Source of the DNA: Clostridia bacterium
Lineage (GTDB): Bacteria > Bacillota > Clostridia > Christensenellales > UBA1242
Reading direction: 5' to 3'
DNA: 64,000 bases
Assembly (NCBI GenBank): GCA_045538455.1
Contig: JAZSRL010000008.1
Location: forward strand, 9,162 to 73,161
How positions within the stretch are numbered: the stretch's first letter is position 1; the number at the start of each line of letters is the position of its first letter. The notes below the pieces were generated by a model. The model did no database searches, was not told where the DNA came from, and saw nothing but the letters and a program-made list of their open reading frames with translations. Shown here piece after piece: positions 1 to 10,131 of this stretch. The translations under genes were made by a program, and so were the position numbers.

Positions 1-2518
1 CCGCCCCTTTCAACACTTCTTTTTGGTCGTCGGTTTTAACTTTCAAACTGTCAATTTGGTATTTACCGAGTTCATTTTTGCCGCGCATTAAAATCACAGT
101 TGCGTTTCTTGTAACTTTACCATCTAAAACATGACACCCAGCAATTTGACCCGCAGCCGAACTCTTAAACAAAGCACGAACCTCAACTTTACCATAATGT
201 TCAATTTCGTATTGCGGAGTAAACAAACGAACCATGCGTTCTGTAACAAAATCAAACAATTCATAAACAACATTAAATGAATGGATTTTTACTTTCAAAC
301 GATCAGCATTCTTTTGAATAGACGAACTGGTTTTAATATTAAAGGCAATCACTAACGCATCTGTAACAGAAGCCAAATCCAAGTCATTATCAGTTACAGT
401 ACCTACGCCTTTTGAAATGACCGAAACATGAACTTCCTCACTTTGAATATTCGCCAAAGTTTGTTCAATTGCTTCCAAACTGCCCGATACATCCGCTTTT
501 AAAATAATATTTAATTGTTTCTTGTCGGTAATCTTCATCGCAGCAAATGGATCAAATCCTTGAATTGATTTACCCATACCAGCCTTCATGATTTTTTCTT
601 TGTTTTTGCGTTCGGCAACAACTTGTTTCGTTAGTTTTTCATCAACAACATAAACATCAACACCAGCCGTTGGAACTTCGGTGAAACCAATTACTTGAAC
701 TGGCATTCCTGGTGTGGCTTGCTTAATGGTACGCCCAAGGTCGTCTTTCATCGCGCGCACTTTGCCACTGGTGGTACCAGCAAGTAAGGTATCCCCTACT
801 TTCAAAGTACCATTTTGTACCAAAATTGTCACAACCGCACCACGCGTTGGATCCATTTTGGCTTCAATAATCGCACCACTAGCTTCCTTATCATAGTTTG
901 CGCGATAATTATTAACATCGGCTAATAACAAAATCATTTCCAATAATTGGTCAACACCTTCACCGCTAACAGCTGATACAGGCATAATCATAGTGGTGCC
1001 TCCCCATTCTTCGCCAATGATGCCGTGTTCGCTTAATTGGCTACGCACTTTTTCTAAATTAAATTCTTTTTTATCACATTTAGTTACAGCAACAATCAGT
1101 GCTAAGTTTTGATTTTGAATGTGTTGAATTGCTTCTACAGTTTGTGGCATAACGCCATCATCGCCAGCCACAATCAAAACTGCGATATCGGTAATCTTTG
1201 CACCACGCGCACGCATCTTATCAAAGGCAGCGTGTCCCGGTGTATCCATAAATGTAATTTTACGATTACCAGCCACTTCTACTTGATAGGCACCAATATG
1301 TTGAGTAATACCACCACTTTCACCAGAAGCGACAGAGCTGTGACGAATGCGGTCTAATAATGTCGTTTTACCATGGTCAACATGTCCCATAACCGTAACA
1401 ACTGGTGGACGAGGTTGCAAATTCTCATCGTTTGAATCAACTTGGTGCATCGCAGAAACTATTTCTTCCGAAGTTTTCTTGTTACTGCGCTCTAATTTGA
1501 CACCAAACTCTTCAGAGACCAATGAAGCAGTATCAAAATCAATCACACTATTAATAGTACACATTTCCCCCAAAACCATTAATTGCTTAATGATTTGGTT
1601 AACTGGTTTACCAATTTTTTCGGACAAAGTTTTAATTGTCAAATCATCGCCGTCAATAACCACAATGTTAGACTTTTCTACTTTGACCTTTGTATCATTT
1701 TCTTTACTTTTTTTCGTACGGAAAACACGCGTTAACATACGCTCTTCAATTTCTTGTTCTTCAATAATCCCACGACGCAATAATGCACGACGGTCCATAG
1801 CTCCGCGTGGTTCTTCTCCGCCAGTATAACTCTTGCCTTTGCGTTTATTGTTGTCGAAGTTGTTAGGCTTAGGCATAAACTTTTCGGTTGGGCGAGGCAA
1901 GACCCCCACACCGCCACGAATCGCACCCACAGCAGCATTCGGACGCGCAGCTGTCCCAACAGGATGCTTTGCACCATAACCATTAGCCGTTGCTTGACCC
2001 GGAGTCCAAACGCGGTGTGGCATGCGTTGCGACCCGCCATTGCTATTATTAAAGCGCCCATCACGATTAACACGATTAAATGATTTTTGAGCATTATTTG
2101 GATTATTACGGCGCATACTATTATCTGGCGTTCCAGGACGGCCAAATAATCCAGATTTTTCGCCATAAGACTTTTTAGGAGCTTCAACCGGTGTTTTTAT
2201 TGACGCAACCGGAGTTGGAACGACTTTTGGCATAACATTATTAGCAGGTGTACTTTTACCACCAGCCACTTTCGCATCATATGCCTTCTCGGCACTTAAT
2301 TTTTCGTTTTCACGCTGCTTAATTAAGTCCGCATATTTACCTTGATTAATTATTTTACGAGCTTCGTCTTCTTGCTTCTTCAAATCATCTTCAATTTTTT
2401 GACGCAGGTTGACCAAAACGACTTCCAGATTTCCACGAGTTTGGCGACATCTTTCCCTTAAATTTTGAATTTCAGGTACTAAATCACCAATCGTCTTAAT
2501 CTTTTCTAAAACTGCCAT
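1..2518 (-). CDS. infB: Translation initiation factor IF-2 (partial; C-terminus beyond left window edge)
   Basis: The minus-strand frame is open from the ATG at 2518 to position 1. It is absent from the ORF track because there is no stop in the window. Hand translation gives [13 protein letters not shown] at the start, the G1 motif [21 protein letters not shown] near 1340-1400, and [10 protein letters not shown] near 1215-1245. Confidence 0.93.
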   Translation of the reverse strand, partial: MAVLEKIKTIGDLVPEIQNLRERCRQTRGNLEVVLVNLRQKIEDDLKKQEDEARKIINQGKYADLIKQRENEKLSAEKAYDAKVAGGKSTPANNVMPKVVPTPVASIKTPVEAPKKSYGEKSGLFGRPGTPDNSMRRNNPNNAQKSFNRVNRDGRFNNSNGGSQRMPHRVWTPGQATANGYGAKHPVGTAARPNAAVGAIRGGVGVLPRPTEKFMPKPNNFDNNKRKGKSYTGGEEPRGAMDRRALLRRGIIEEQEIEERMLTRVFRTKKSKENDTKVKVEKSNIVVIDGDDLTIKTLSEKIGKPVNQIIKQLMVLGEMCTINSVIDFDTASLVSEEFGVKLERSNKKTSEEIVSAMHQVDSNDENLQPRPPVVTVMGHVDHGKTTLLDRIRHSSVASGESGGITQHIGAYQVEVAGNRKITFMDTPGHAAFDKMRARGAKITDIAVLIVAGDDGVMPQTVEAIQHIQNQNLALIVAVTKCDKKEFNLEKVRSQLSEHGIIGEEWGGTTMIMPVSAVSGEGVDQLLEMILLLADVNNYRANYDKEASGAIIEAKMDPTRGAVVTILVQNGTLKVGDTLLAGTTSGKVRAMKDDLGRTIKQATPGMPVQVIGFTEVPTAGVDVYVVDEKLTKQVVAERKNKEKIMKAGMGKSIQGFDPFAAMKITDKKQLNIILKADVSGSLEAIEQTLANIQSEEVHVSVISKGVGTVTDNDLDLASVTDALVIAFNIKTSSSIQKNADRLKVKIHSFNVVYELFDFVTERMVRLFTPQYEIEHYGKVEVRALFKSSAAGQIAGCHVLDGKVTRNATVILMRGKNELGKYQIDSLKVKTDDQKEVLKGA

Positions 2519-2570
2519 AACTTAGATTATATACTTTATTTTAATTATATGCAAGTCTTACATAACCAAG

Positions 2571-3050
2571 TTAAACACCTGTATGTCCAAAGCCACCTGT
2601 ACCACGCACGGTATCACTTAATGTATCACTTAATTGAAAACAAGCTTGCACATAAGGCATAAACAACAGTTGCGCAACACGATCACCGTTACTCACTGTA
2701 CGAACTTGGTTACCATGATTATGCAGAACCACGACAACTTCACCACGATAGTCAGAGTCAATAATGCCGACTTTATTGGCCGGAGCCAAATCTTGTTTAC
2801 AACTTAAACCACTACGAGCACAAACAACACCAACCAATCCAACAGGAATTTCAAAAGCAACACCAGTCGAAATTACTTTGGTTTCATGTGGGGCGATTGT
2901 TACAGGTTCAGACAATACGGCATATAAATCTGCACCAGCTGAACAAACAGTTCCATAGGTAGGCACTTTTGCACCTTCAACCAAAAGTTTCACTTTAATA
3001 TCCGTATTTATAACGGCATTAAATTTTTGTTTGGATTGCTTCAATTTCAT
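2571..3050 (-). CDS. dut: dUTP diphosphatase (dUTPase)
   Basis: 159-aa ORF with the dUTPase motifs SAGADLYA, ARSGLS, GIIDSDYRGEV and a C-terminal RGTGGFGHTG. Confidence 0.92.
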   Translation of the reverse strand: MKLKQSKQKFNAVINTDIKVKLLVEGAKVPTYGTVCSAGADLYAVLSEPVTIAPHETKVISTGVAFEIPVGLVGVVCARSGLSCKQDLAPANKVGIIDSDYRGEVVVVLHNHGNQVRTVSNGDRVAQLLFMPYVQACFQLSDTLSDTVRGTGGFGHTGV

Positions 3051-3068
3051 TGTTAAATTCTCCTTTGT

Positions 3069-3566
3069 TTATTCATTTTGCCATAACACAACATCTTTGT
3101 TTTTAAGTGTTGCCGAAATATCAATTAGTCTTTGGTTAGACGAGCCACGGAACTTTAACATCGGATTTGCCAATGCTTTTTCAAACAACCCATCCACCAA
3201 AACATCAACATAATTAAAGATTTCGCGCTCCTTAATGTTTTCAAAAGTAAACCCCGTCCAAACCCACAAAGATTTGTCAGGATATTTTTCCTTAAAGGCA
3301 CGCGCTATTTCGGTTGTACCAGCAATGTTTTTTGGATGCAATGGCTCACCACCTAAAATAGATAAACCTTTTACATAATCGGCATCACACAACTGTAATA
3401 AATGTTCTAATACTGCCGGCGTCAATTCTTGACCGCCGTTAAAATCATGAGTTTCCGGATTAAAGCAATCTGGACAATGGAAAGTACAACCCTGCAAGAA
3501 AATTGAAACACGAACACCGGGTCCATTCGCAATATCCATCTTACGAATTTTATTGTAACGAATCAT
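3069..3566 (-). CDS. nrdG: Anaerobic ribonucleoside-triphosphate reductase activating protein (radical SAM)
   Basis: 165 aa with GPGVRVSIFLQGCTFHCPDCFN (CxxxCxxC cluster). It lies directly downstream of nrdD with a 1-nt overlap. Confidence 0.9.
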   Translation of the reverse strand: MIRYNKIRKMDIANGPGVRVSIFLQGCTFHCPDCFNPETHDFNGGQELTPAVLEHLLQLCDADYVKGLSILGGEPLHPKNIAGTTEIARAFKEKYPDKSLWVWTGFTFENIKEREIFNYVDVLVDGLFEKALANPMLKFRGSSNQRLIDISATLKNKDVVLWQNE

Positions 3567-5719
3567 TATGCGTCCTTATTATCCAAATGCAAGACGCGTT
3601 CTTTAATTTCTTGAGTACGCCCCTTGTTCCAGAAGTTAGTTCCAATATAACCACATGTGCGGCGTGCAACATTTAATTTTGAATGATCACGATTACCGCA
3701 AGCTGGACAATACCATTCAAATTTGTCATCAATCAAGATTTCGCCATTGAAACCACATTGTTGGCAATAGTCGGATTTGGTATTAATTTCGGCATACATA
3801 ATATTGTCATAAATAAAACGAATGACTTCCATAACCGCGTCTAAATTGTTAGTCAAGTTTGGTGCTTCAATATAAGAGATTGCCCCACCTGGACTTAATC
3901 GTTGGAATTCACTTTCTAATTTCAATTTAGAGAATGCATCAATTTCCTCAAAAACAGGAACATGATAAGAGTTAGTAATATAATTGCGGTCTGTAATGTC
4001 TTTAACTATACCGAAACGGCGTTTTAAGTTTTTTGCAAATTTATAAGTTGTACTTTCAATTGGCGTACCATAGACACTATAAGCAATATCTTCAGCAGCT
4101 TTCCATTCTGCACACTTATCGTTAAGGCGTTGCAAGACAGCTAGACCGAATTTCTTACCTTCTCCGTTATCTGTATGGCTGTGGTTAGTCATGTATTTTA
4201 CACATTCATATAAGCCGGCATAACCCAATGAAATTGTTGAATATCCACCATGTAACAATTCATGAATACTTTGTCCTTTTGGCAAGCGTGCCAATGCTCC
4301 ATGCTGCCACAAAATCGGCGCAACATCACTGGTTGCTTTGGCTAAACGCTCATGACGGATTTGTAACGCTTCGTGACATAGCTCCAAGCGTTCGTCCAAA
4401 ATCTTCCAGAACTTTTCCATATTCTTTTCCGAAGATAAAGCAGCATCAACCAAGTTAATCGTGACAACACCTTGGTTAAAACGACCATAGTATTGTGGTT
4501 TGCCTTTCTTATCGACATAAGGTGTCAAGAAAGAACGACAACCCATACATGGATAACATTGTCCTTCACCATTTGCGTCAATCTTTAATTGCTTCATAAT
4601 TTTTTCCGAGATGTAATCTGGAACCATGCGTTTCGCTGTACATTCGGCAGCCAACTCGGTTAGGTAATAATACTCACCCTGCGGATTCATATTGCACTCT
4701 TCCAAGACATATAACAACTTGGGGAAAGCTGGCGTAATGTAAACGCCTTTTTCGTTTTTCATACCTTGAATGCGTTGGCGTAAGAATTCTTCAATAATCA
4801 TTGCCAATTCTTTTTTGTATTCTTTGGTCTCACCTAAATACATACAAACCGATAAGAATGGAGCTTGACCATTGGTCGTTGTCATTGAATTAATTTGATA
4901 TTGGAAAGTTTGAACGCCATCGGTAATTTCGCGTTTAATATCTTCATCTGCGAACTTCTCGCATTGTTCCTTTGATAAACCGCGTGCTTTATAGCGCTCC
5001 AAATAGCGTTTGTAACTGTCACGAACAAACGGCGCCAAATGAGTTAAAGTAATTGTTGCACCGCCGTATTGACTGGAAGAAACAGCCGTAATCAATTGTG
5101 TCGCAATTGTCATTGCTGTCAAGAAACGATGTGGTCTTTCAATCATAACACCATTAATATTGGTGCCGTTATTCATCATATCTTCTAAGTTAATTAAGTC
5201 ACAATTATGTAACGCATTTTGCGCAAAATAGTCTGCATCATGGAAATGAATAATCCCATCATCATGGGCTTTCACAATTGTTGGCGGTAACAACAAACGA
5301 CGAGTAATATCCGTACTGGTAATTCCGGCGATATAGTCGCGCTGCGTAGTAACAACTCGCGCATTCTTATTGGAGTTCTCCGTGTTCCAATATTCACTTT
5401 CGCCGTTGATTAATTCCTTAATCGCAATATCCGTGGTATTGCTTTGACGCACTAGCTCACGGGTATAACGATAGATAATATATCGTTTTGCTAAATGGAA
5501 ATGTCCTAGTTTCATTAAGCGTTGTTCAATAATGTCTTGAATATCTTCAACCAACAAACGCTTCTTCTTTAAACCGGTAATATAAGCCAAAATTCCTTCA
5601 ATTTCTGCATCAGTTGCTTGCTCTTTTTCTTCAACCTCACGATTCGCTTTTTTGATTGCAATCTTGATTTTATTAGCATCAAAGTCAACAATTTTCCCAT
5701 TTCGTTTTACGATTTTCAT
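3566..5719 (-). CDS. nrdD: Anaerobic (class III) ribonucleoside-triphosphate reductase
   Basis: 717 aa with an N-terminal ATP-cone-like region (KRNGKIVDFDANKI). The C-terminus has the Zn-ribbon CQQCG...CPACG and the glycyl-radical region RTCGYIG. Confidence 0.93.
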   Translation of the reverse strand: MKIVKRNGKIVDFDANKIKIAIKKANREVEEKEQATDAEIEGILAYITGLKKKRLLVEDIQDIIEQRLMKLGHFHLAKRYIIYRYTRELVRQSNTTDIAIKELINGESEYWNTENSNKNARVVTTQRDYIAGITSTDITRRLLLPPTIVKAHDDGIIHFHDADYFAQNALHNCDLINLEDMMNNGTNINGVMIERPHRFLTAMTIATQLITAVSSSQYGGATITLTHLAPFVRDSYKRYLERYKARGLSKEQCEKFADEDIKREITDGVQTFQYQINSMTTTNGQAPFLSVCMYLGETKEYKKELAMIIEEFLRQRIQGMKNEKGVYITPAFPKLLYVLEECNMNPQGEYYYLTELAAECTAKRMVPDYISEKIMKQLKIDANGEGQCYPCMGCRSFLTPYVDKKGKPQYYGRFNQGVVTINLVDAALSSEKNMEKFWKILDERLELCHEALQIRHERLAKATSDVAPILWQHGALARLPKGQSIHELLHGGYSTISLGYAGLYECVKYMTNHSHTDNGEGKKFGLAVLQRLNDKCAEWKAAEDIAYSVYGTPIESTTYKFAKNLKRRFGIVKDITDRNYITNSYHVPVFEEIDAFSKLKLESEFQRLSPGGAISYIEAPNLTNNLDAVMEVIRFIYDNIMYAEINTKSDYCQQCGFNGEILIDDKFEWYCPACGNRDHSKLNVARRTCGYIGTNFWNKGRTQEIKERVLHLDNKDA

Positions 5720-5802
5720 GTTTTTTCCCTTTTAATGTCGCAGTACGACCGTATATTGATATGTTAGCACAACTTTTTTCAATGTCAAGAAAAATATCCC
5801 AC

Positions 5803-5837
5803 ATCTTGTGGTGTATAATGCAAACACACCACAAGAT
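5803..5837. promoter_or_regulatory. Perfect 12-bp inverted repeat in the nrdD upstream region (candidate operator or leader hairpin, NrdR-box-like)
   Basis: ATCTTGTGGTGT (5803-5814) and ACACCACAAGAT (5826-5837) are exact reverse complements separated by 11 bp. The repeat lies about 85-120 bp upstream of the nrdD ATG. The arms have ACAC...GTGT content reminiscent of NrdR boxes. Confidence 0.4.
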
Positions 5838-5892
5838 ACAAACGCGCAAAATTTTGTGCGTTGCAGCACTTTTTTATTTGTTTTCAATAATT

Positions 5893-6432
5893 TTATTTAT
5901 CAAAAATGACTACTTTGGCGTTGGGAATCTTCAAGCCGGCAAAATCATTATCTTCGGGGACACCATTAAAGTATCCCGCAATTACACGCCCGATACAGCT
6001 ATGCCCTACAACCAAAATATTTTGGTCTGGATACTTTGGCAATACTTCATCAAAAAAGCTGGCAACGCGTTGATACAATTCAGTGACAGTTTCCATACCA
6101 AAAGCTTGGATTTGTCTGTCATAGACACCAACCTTCCAACGATTAAAAGTTAATGAACTGGTGGGCTGGTTTTCTAGTTTGCCGTAAGAACGCGCTTGAA
6201 TCCGTGGGTCGTAGACTGGCACAAGTTCTGGATGATATTGTAAAATTGCCTCACAAGTTTGTTTTGCACGCAAAAACGGAGAACAATAGCACGCTGCAAA
6301 TTCTACATCCTTCAATGATAGAGCTGTTTGTTGTGCCTGTTCAAATCCATGCTCGTTTAACGATACATCAGGCGTTGGAAAAACTTTGTTTACATTCGAA
6401 TCCGTTTGCCCATGTCGCACAAAATAAATCAT
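5893..6432 (-). CDS. Histidine phosphatase family protein (phosphoglycerate mutase-like)
   Basis: N-terminal MIYFVRHGQTDSN (RHG motif). A GGAGG RBS lies 5 nt upstream of the ATG at 6432. The ORF track starts slightly earlier, at 6444. Confidence 0.8.
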   Translation of the reverse strand: MIYFVRHGQTDSNVNKVFPTPDVSLNEHGFEQAQQTALSLKDVEFAACYCSPFLRAKQTCEAILQYHPELVPVYDPRIQARSYGKLENQPTSSLTFNRWKVGVYDRQIQAFGMETVTELYQRVASFFDEVLPKYPDQNILVVGHSCIGRVIAGYFNGVPEDNDFAGLKIPNAKVVIFDK

Positions 6433-6564
6433 TACTACCTCCAAATAAACATTAACATAATTTCACAAAATTAAGCTAATAAAAATTATTAATATCATGC
6501 AGGCTTTTAAAACCATTATTATTTCTTTTTATTCATTTATAACTCAATTTGCAATTTAGGACCT

Positions 6565-6882
6565 GTGAACTTATCTTGCAAAAACAATAGTCAGCCGCAA
6601 CTAAACCTGCAAATATCTAAAACATACTCACAAAGTTTTATTTTTGATATAATGACTAGCGTTTATCCTAAAGCTTTGAACAAGTTTCAGAAAAGAATCC
6701 ATTTTATAAAAAAAATGGAAAAAGAAAGCCAAGGATTCGCGGAAGATTTCATTCGTGCCGTAAAAGCTGAAGAAGAAGAAAGCCAAGGATTAGCGGAAAG
6801 TTTAATTCGTGCCGCAAAAGCTGGAATTAAATTACCAGAATTGGAGCCTGCAAAATCTGCAGAACCAGAAAGAGAAATTTAA
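6565..6882 (+). CDS. Small hypothetical protein with an internal tandem repeat (true start possibly the ATG at 6715)
   Basis: The ORF contains two copies of ESQG(F/L)AE(D/S)(F/L)IRA(V/A)KA, encoded by ~46-nt DNA repeats at 6724-6768 and 6780-6825. An extended -10 (TGATATAAT) sits at 6644-6652. A strong terminator follows. Confidence 0.35.
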   Translation: MNLSCKNNSQPQLNLQISKTYSQSFIFDIMTSVYPKALNKFQKRIHFIKKMEKESQGFAEDFIRAVKAEEEESQGLAESLIRAAKAGIKLPELEPAKSAEPEREI

Positions 6883-6896
6883 TTAGTTTTAAATAC

Positions 6897-6931
6897 AAAA
6901 ATACGAGTGAAATCCACTCGTATTTTTTTTT
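6897..6931. terminator. Bidirectional rho-independent terminator
   Basis: Perfect 9-bp stem ATACGAGTG / CACTCGTAT (6901-6909 and 6915-6923), flanked by an A-run upstream and a T-run downstream. It lies between convergent ORFs. Confidence 0.8.
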
Positions 6932-6956
6932 GCAATTCTTAATATTGATTATTTTT

Positions 6957-7352
6957 TTACATTGTTCTATCGCTTTCGATATTTTGGTTGTTATTTGCCA
7001 CCTTTTCTTGTGACTCTATCAAGAATTTATAATTTTGCAAAAGACCTGACGCCTGCTTTAATTCCATATGTTTAACGGCATCATCAGGACCCAAACCTTT
7101 TCCACTAGTGATTTTTTCTTCTGACTTTTCTGTAAGTATAGTGAGCGCAGCAAAAACCATTTGCCTTGTATTCTCATCCATATTTTTAATCATATCTTTT
7201 AGTCCCTGAGCGATAGCATCAGCCTTAGCAGCTTCTTCCTTACTTTCTTCCGCTCTTGATGTAAATTTGGCTTGACCTAAATTCAATTCCTTAGCCCACT
7301 CAATCATCCCCTTCGCCATAGTAAAAACTTTGAATTTCTCTACATTATCCAT
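6957..7352 (-). CDS. Hypothetical protein (131 aa)
   Basis: Clean ORF with a plausible ATG and an upstream AGGAGA. No recognisable motif. Confidence 0.5.
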   Translation of the reverse strand: MDNVEKFKVFTMAKGMIEWAKELNLGQAKFTSRAEESKEEAAKADAIAQGLKDMIKNMDENTRQMVFAALTILTEKSEEKITSGKGLGPDDAVKHMELKQASGLLQNYKFLIESQEKVANNNQNIESDRTM

Positions 7353-7440
7353 ATTTTTTCTCCTTTAAATACTTATACAGTATAATATACTAACGAAAAA
7401 AAATAAATAATTTTCAAAGCTTTGTTTCTTTAATGCTATA

Positions 7441-7473
7441 AAAAAACCTAAACCGACAAGTTCGATTTAGGTT
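7441..7473 (-). terminator. Rho-independent terminator (junction element type 2, copy 1)
   Basis: Hairpin AACCTAAACCGA-CAAG-TTCGATTTAGGTT, with a T-run on the minus strand. A near-identical copy lies at 11575-11608. It is followed on the + strand by CTCTTGGCGG. Confidence 0.75.
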
Positions 7474-7522
7474 ACTCTTGGCGGTACGCAGGTAATGTAA
7501 ATTGATTATTTGTGCCGCAAAT

Positions 7523-8263
7523 TTATAATTCTATTTTTTTGTATTTTCCATGACAAATATTTAAAACAGAACAATTCTCATCATAATCAAAATCGTCATA
7601 GAATTCTGCTGGCAAGTTTAAGATATTCATCAGCATACACTTATTAACATTTTTGTGCGCAAAAATTATTACAGTTTGAATATCTTTCTGTTTGGACATT
7701 TTTTCAATGAAATCTGTCACTGTGTTTAATCTCGTTGATACATCTATTGGCGATTCCCCTAGGAATTGAGGTTTATAGTAAGATATCGTATTTTTCTGAC
7801 AATTTTGATAAATTGTTTCATATTTTCTTTTCTTGATTTCTCGATCAATCATATGAAAAGCGCCATATGCTTGTTCTCTGAGCACATTTAAAACAAAAAC
7901 ATTGTCGGAATTATTTTCAAACTGCAAAATTTCATTGGCATATTCATAAGTTGCTCTTGCCCTTTGATAAGGCGAAATCAAAACAAGGGTTTTGTCTTTA
8001 TCAATCCCATTTGCGACTAAATAATTATTCAACTTACGACCAATATCTTTTGATTGAGCAATTCCTTTTTCTGTTAAATCAATTTTAGCGTCTTCAATAA
8101 CCTGATTTTCATCTAATAGTATATTTTCACTTTTTAGTTTTGCCCTTAACGCATTCGAAACAGACTCACCATGCCTAACTAAAAAAACATTTAATTTTTT
8201 GAATAAATTATACGGAGACTGTACTCGATTTAATATTTCTAAACCTTCATATCTGTAATACAT
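7523..8263 (-). CDS. Histidine phosphatase family protein (246 aa)
   Basis: VFLVRHGESVSN (RHG motif) and SPYQRARAT. An AGGAGAG RBS lies upstream of the ATG. Confidence 0.75.
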   Translation of the reverse strand: MYYRYEGLEILNRVQSPYNLFKKLNVFLVRHGESVSNALRAKLKSENILLDENQVIEDAKIDLTEKGIAQSKDIGRKLNNYLVANGIDKDKTLVLISPYQRARATYEYANEILQFENNSDNVFVLNVLREQAYGAFHMIDREIKKRKYETIYQNCQKNTISYYKPQFLGESPIDVSTRLNTVTDFIEKMSKQKDIQTVIIFAHKNVNKCMLMNILNLPAEFYDDFDYDENCSVLNICHGKYKKIEL

Positions 8264-8293
8264 ATTTTTCTCTCCTTTTTTTGTCTTTGTAAA

Positions 8294-8965
8294 TCAAAGT
8301 TTAAAATTCAACAACTCCTTAATTGAAGCAATCGTGATATCTGGTTTGATGAGAATTTCTTTTTCTTCTTTCTTCCATTCGTTGTTAACTTTTGATTTTA
8401 ACCATGCGGTCTTTACACCTAAAATTTTTACAGAAACTAAATCCTCAACAAACTCATCACTCACAAAAAGTATTTTCGAAAAATCTTCTGGTGTTATATT
8501 TTCAAATGCCATTAAATATACTTTTAAGTTTGGCTTACGCTCTTTAATTGTTTCAGATACAATAACTTTATCAAAATATTGTGCGAGATTGTCCCGTTCC
8601 AAAATGTAATCAACATTCTTTTGTGAATTATTACTGATGATACCCAAGTAGTAACCTTGTTTTTTTAATGTCTTAATTGTTTCTACTGTGTCATCATCAA
8701 TAATATGTGATTCAAGTAGTAGCCTATCGATTTTTTGCAAATCCTCTTTTGAAATTTTTAAGAGTATTGATAAATCATGATATATCTGCTCTTCATTAAT
8801 TTTGCCAAGCGACAAAAGCAGTTGATAATTCTTCCAATATTTAAAAACATCTTTCCAATTTAAATTATATTTATCTAAAATAGTTTTAACTTCAGAATCA
8901 GTGTTCTTAAATGAACCCGCTAAAGTATATCCCCAATCAAAAAAGATGTATTTAATTTTATTCAT
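8294..8965 (-). CDS. HAD family hydrolase
   Basis: N-terminal IFFDWGYTL (DxG/DxT-type motif I), GIISNNS (motif II region) and VSDEFVED (motif IV-like). 223 aa. Confidence 0.7.
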   Translation of the reverse strand: MNKIKYIFFDWGYTLAGSFKNTDSEVKTILDKYNLNWKDVFKYWKNYQLLLSLGKINEEQIYHDLSILLKISKEDLQKIDRLLLESHIIDDDTVETIKTLKKQGYYLGIISNNSQKNVDYILERDNLAQYFDKVIVSETIKERKPNLKVYLMAFENITPEDFSKILFVSDEFVEDLVSVKILGVKTAWLKSKVNNEWKKEEKEILIKPDITIASIKELLNFKL

Positions 8966-9438
8966 TTTAAAACCCCTAGAATAGTTATAACTATTATTTA
9001 TAACACAAGTCTAAATCCTGCAACAGAAATTTATAATAGTACTAAAACGACCCCGGTGGATACCCGAGTGATAATGGCACAATAATTTATAAGCAAGATA
9101 TAGAAAAGAGTAAAAACAACATAAAAAATTGCCGCTTGACTTTTCGTTCAAACGACAATTGTCTGGCGGGGCCAAGGCAACATAAAGCGATAAAGCAAAT
9201 TAGACTTTATATTCAATCTTTGCAGCCTATTTATCATAATCGCCGTTAATGCGTTTTTCAGCTTCTGCTTTGCTTCGTAAAGCACTTCCCCGTTGCGTTT
9301 AGCAATTATATTGATTGCATCATCTAAATATCGACCAACTAAAATAAACCGATGACACAACAAATAATAGTTTCTTTACTATCTCTGCTGCGTTCCAATG
9401 CTTTTTGGAATGGCTCACTGTTGGCAATCGTTGAATAT

Positions 9439-9948
9439 TTACAAATTGGTTAAGTTGTGAAGAAAATCATTGACTTGTTCATAATCTTTTAAAATTATTA
9501 TTTTCTTTTCATTTTTATAAAGCTCTAATATTTCAAATATTCTAGGTAAAGTATCAGCCTTAAATTTAATTATAGATTCTATAAATTCATCTTCAATTTT
9601 CGAATTATCAAAACCATCAGCCATATCAGCCGTACGATCTTTTTTAGAACGGGCAATAGCGTTTTGCAAACAAATTTCCGTATCAAGGTTAAGCAATATT
9701 ACTGTATCAGCAAGTTTAACTCTTTGCTCAATTGTCGAAATATAATTGCCGTCAATAATCCAGTGATTATTGCTTTTTGCAAAGGTATCTACTTTTCTGA
9801 CAAGCTCCTCGCGAGAAATACGAGTATGATTGTCGATATGATAAATCTTGTCTAAATGAAGCACTGGGCAATTAAGGATTTCTTTCAACCTAAAAGTCAT
9901 TGTTGATTTTCCGCTTCCGGGACAGCCGATTACAATAATCTTTGCCAT
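9439..9948 (-). CDS. P-loop NTPase / topology modulation (adenylate-kinase-like) family protein
   Basis: MAKIIVIGCPGSGKST Walker A directly at the N-terminus. The ORF track begins upstream at 10002, but the ATG at 9948 fits the family better. Confidence 0.7.
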   Translation of the reverse strand: MAKIIVIGCPGSGKSTMTFRLKEILNCPVLHLDKIYHIDNHTRISREELVRKVDTFAKSNNHWIIDGNYISTIEQRVKLADTVILLNLDTEICLQNAIARSKKDRTADMADGFDNSKIEDEFIESIIKFKADTLPRIFEILELYKNEKKIIILKDYEQVNDFLHNLTNL

Positions 9949-10029
9949 AATATATCTCTTTATTTTATCTATTTCTAGATAAAATGCAAAATACTTTAAC
10001 ATTTCGCTTTTCTTAATATTTTTTTTCTT

Positions 10030-10066
10030 CGAACTACCATAGTTCGTATTATTTACTTTTGGCGGA
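10030..10066 (+). repeat. Junction repeat copy A (partial copy of the tRNA-Ser(UGA) downstream flank plus TGGCGGA)
   Basis: CGAACTACCATAGTTCGTATTATTTACTTTTGGCGGA matches 22226-22260. It contains a 7-bp hairpin, CGAACTA/TAGTTCG. Confidence 0.8.
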
Positions 10067-10131
10067 GACGATGAAAACTAAAACGACTTTGCCATCTTAG
10101 TCTACTTTAATACCTTAAAATTCTAAAAAGC

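Noticed and set aside
714-2187. ORF-track entries 714..896, 1109..1357, 1347..1829 (+) and 1732..2187 (-).
   Set aside because: All lie inside, and out of frame with or antisense to, the long infB reading frame, which carries unmistakable IF-2 G-domain motifs. Their translations are low-complexity and not protein-like.
5798-5840. Interpreting the nrdD upstream repeats as two canonical NrdR boxes.
   Set aside because: By my count the matches to the 16-bp NrdR consensus are only partial (about 10/16 and 7/16). What is certain is a perfect 12-bp inverted repeat, so it is reported as a generic candidate operator or hairpin instead.
5761-6455. (+) ORFs 5761..6153 and 6153..6455.
   Set aside because: They are antisense to the histidine phosphatase gene and span the nrdD regulatory region. 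The minus-strand product has a clear RHG phosphatase motif, while these have none.
9148-9363. 71-aa (-) ORF in the 470-bp gap between the HAD and P-loop kinase genes, considered as a possible integrase remnant.
   Set aside because: It has no recognisable recombinase motif. The only support is that it ends across a CCCCGCCA junction-like motif, so it is left unannotated and mentioned only as context.
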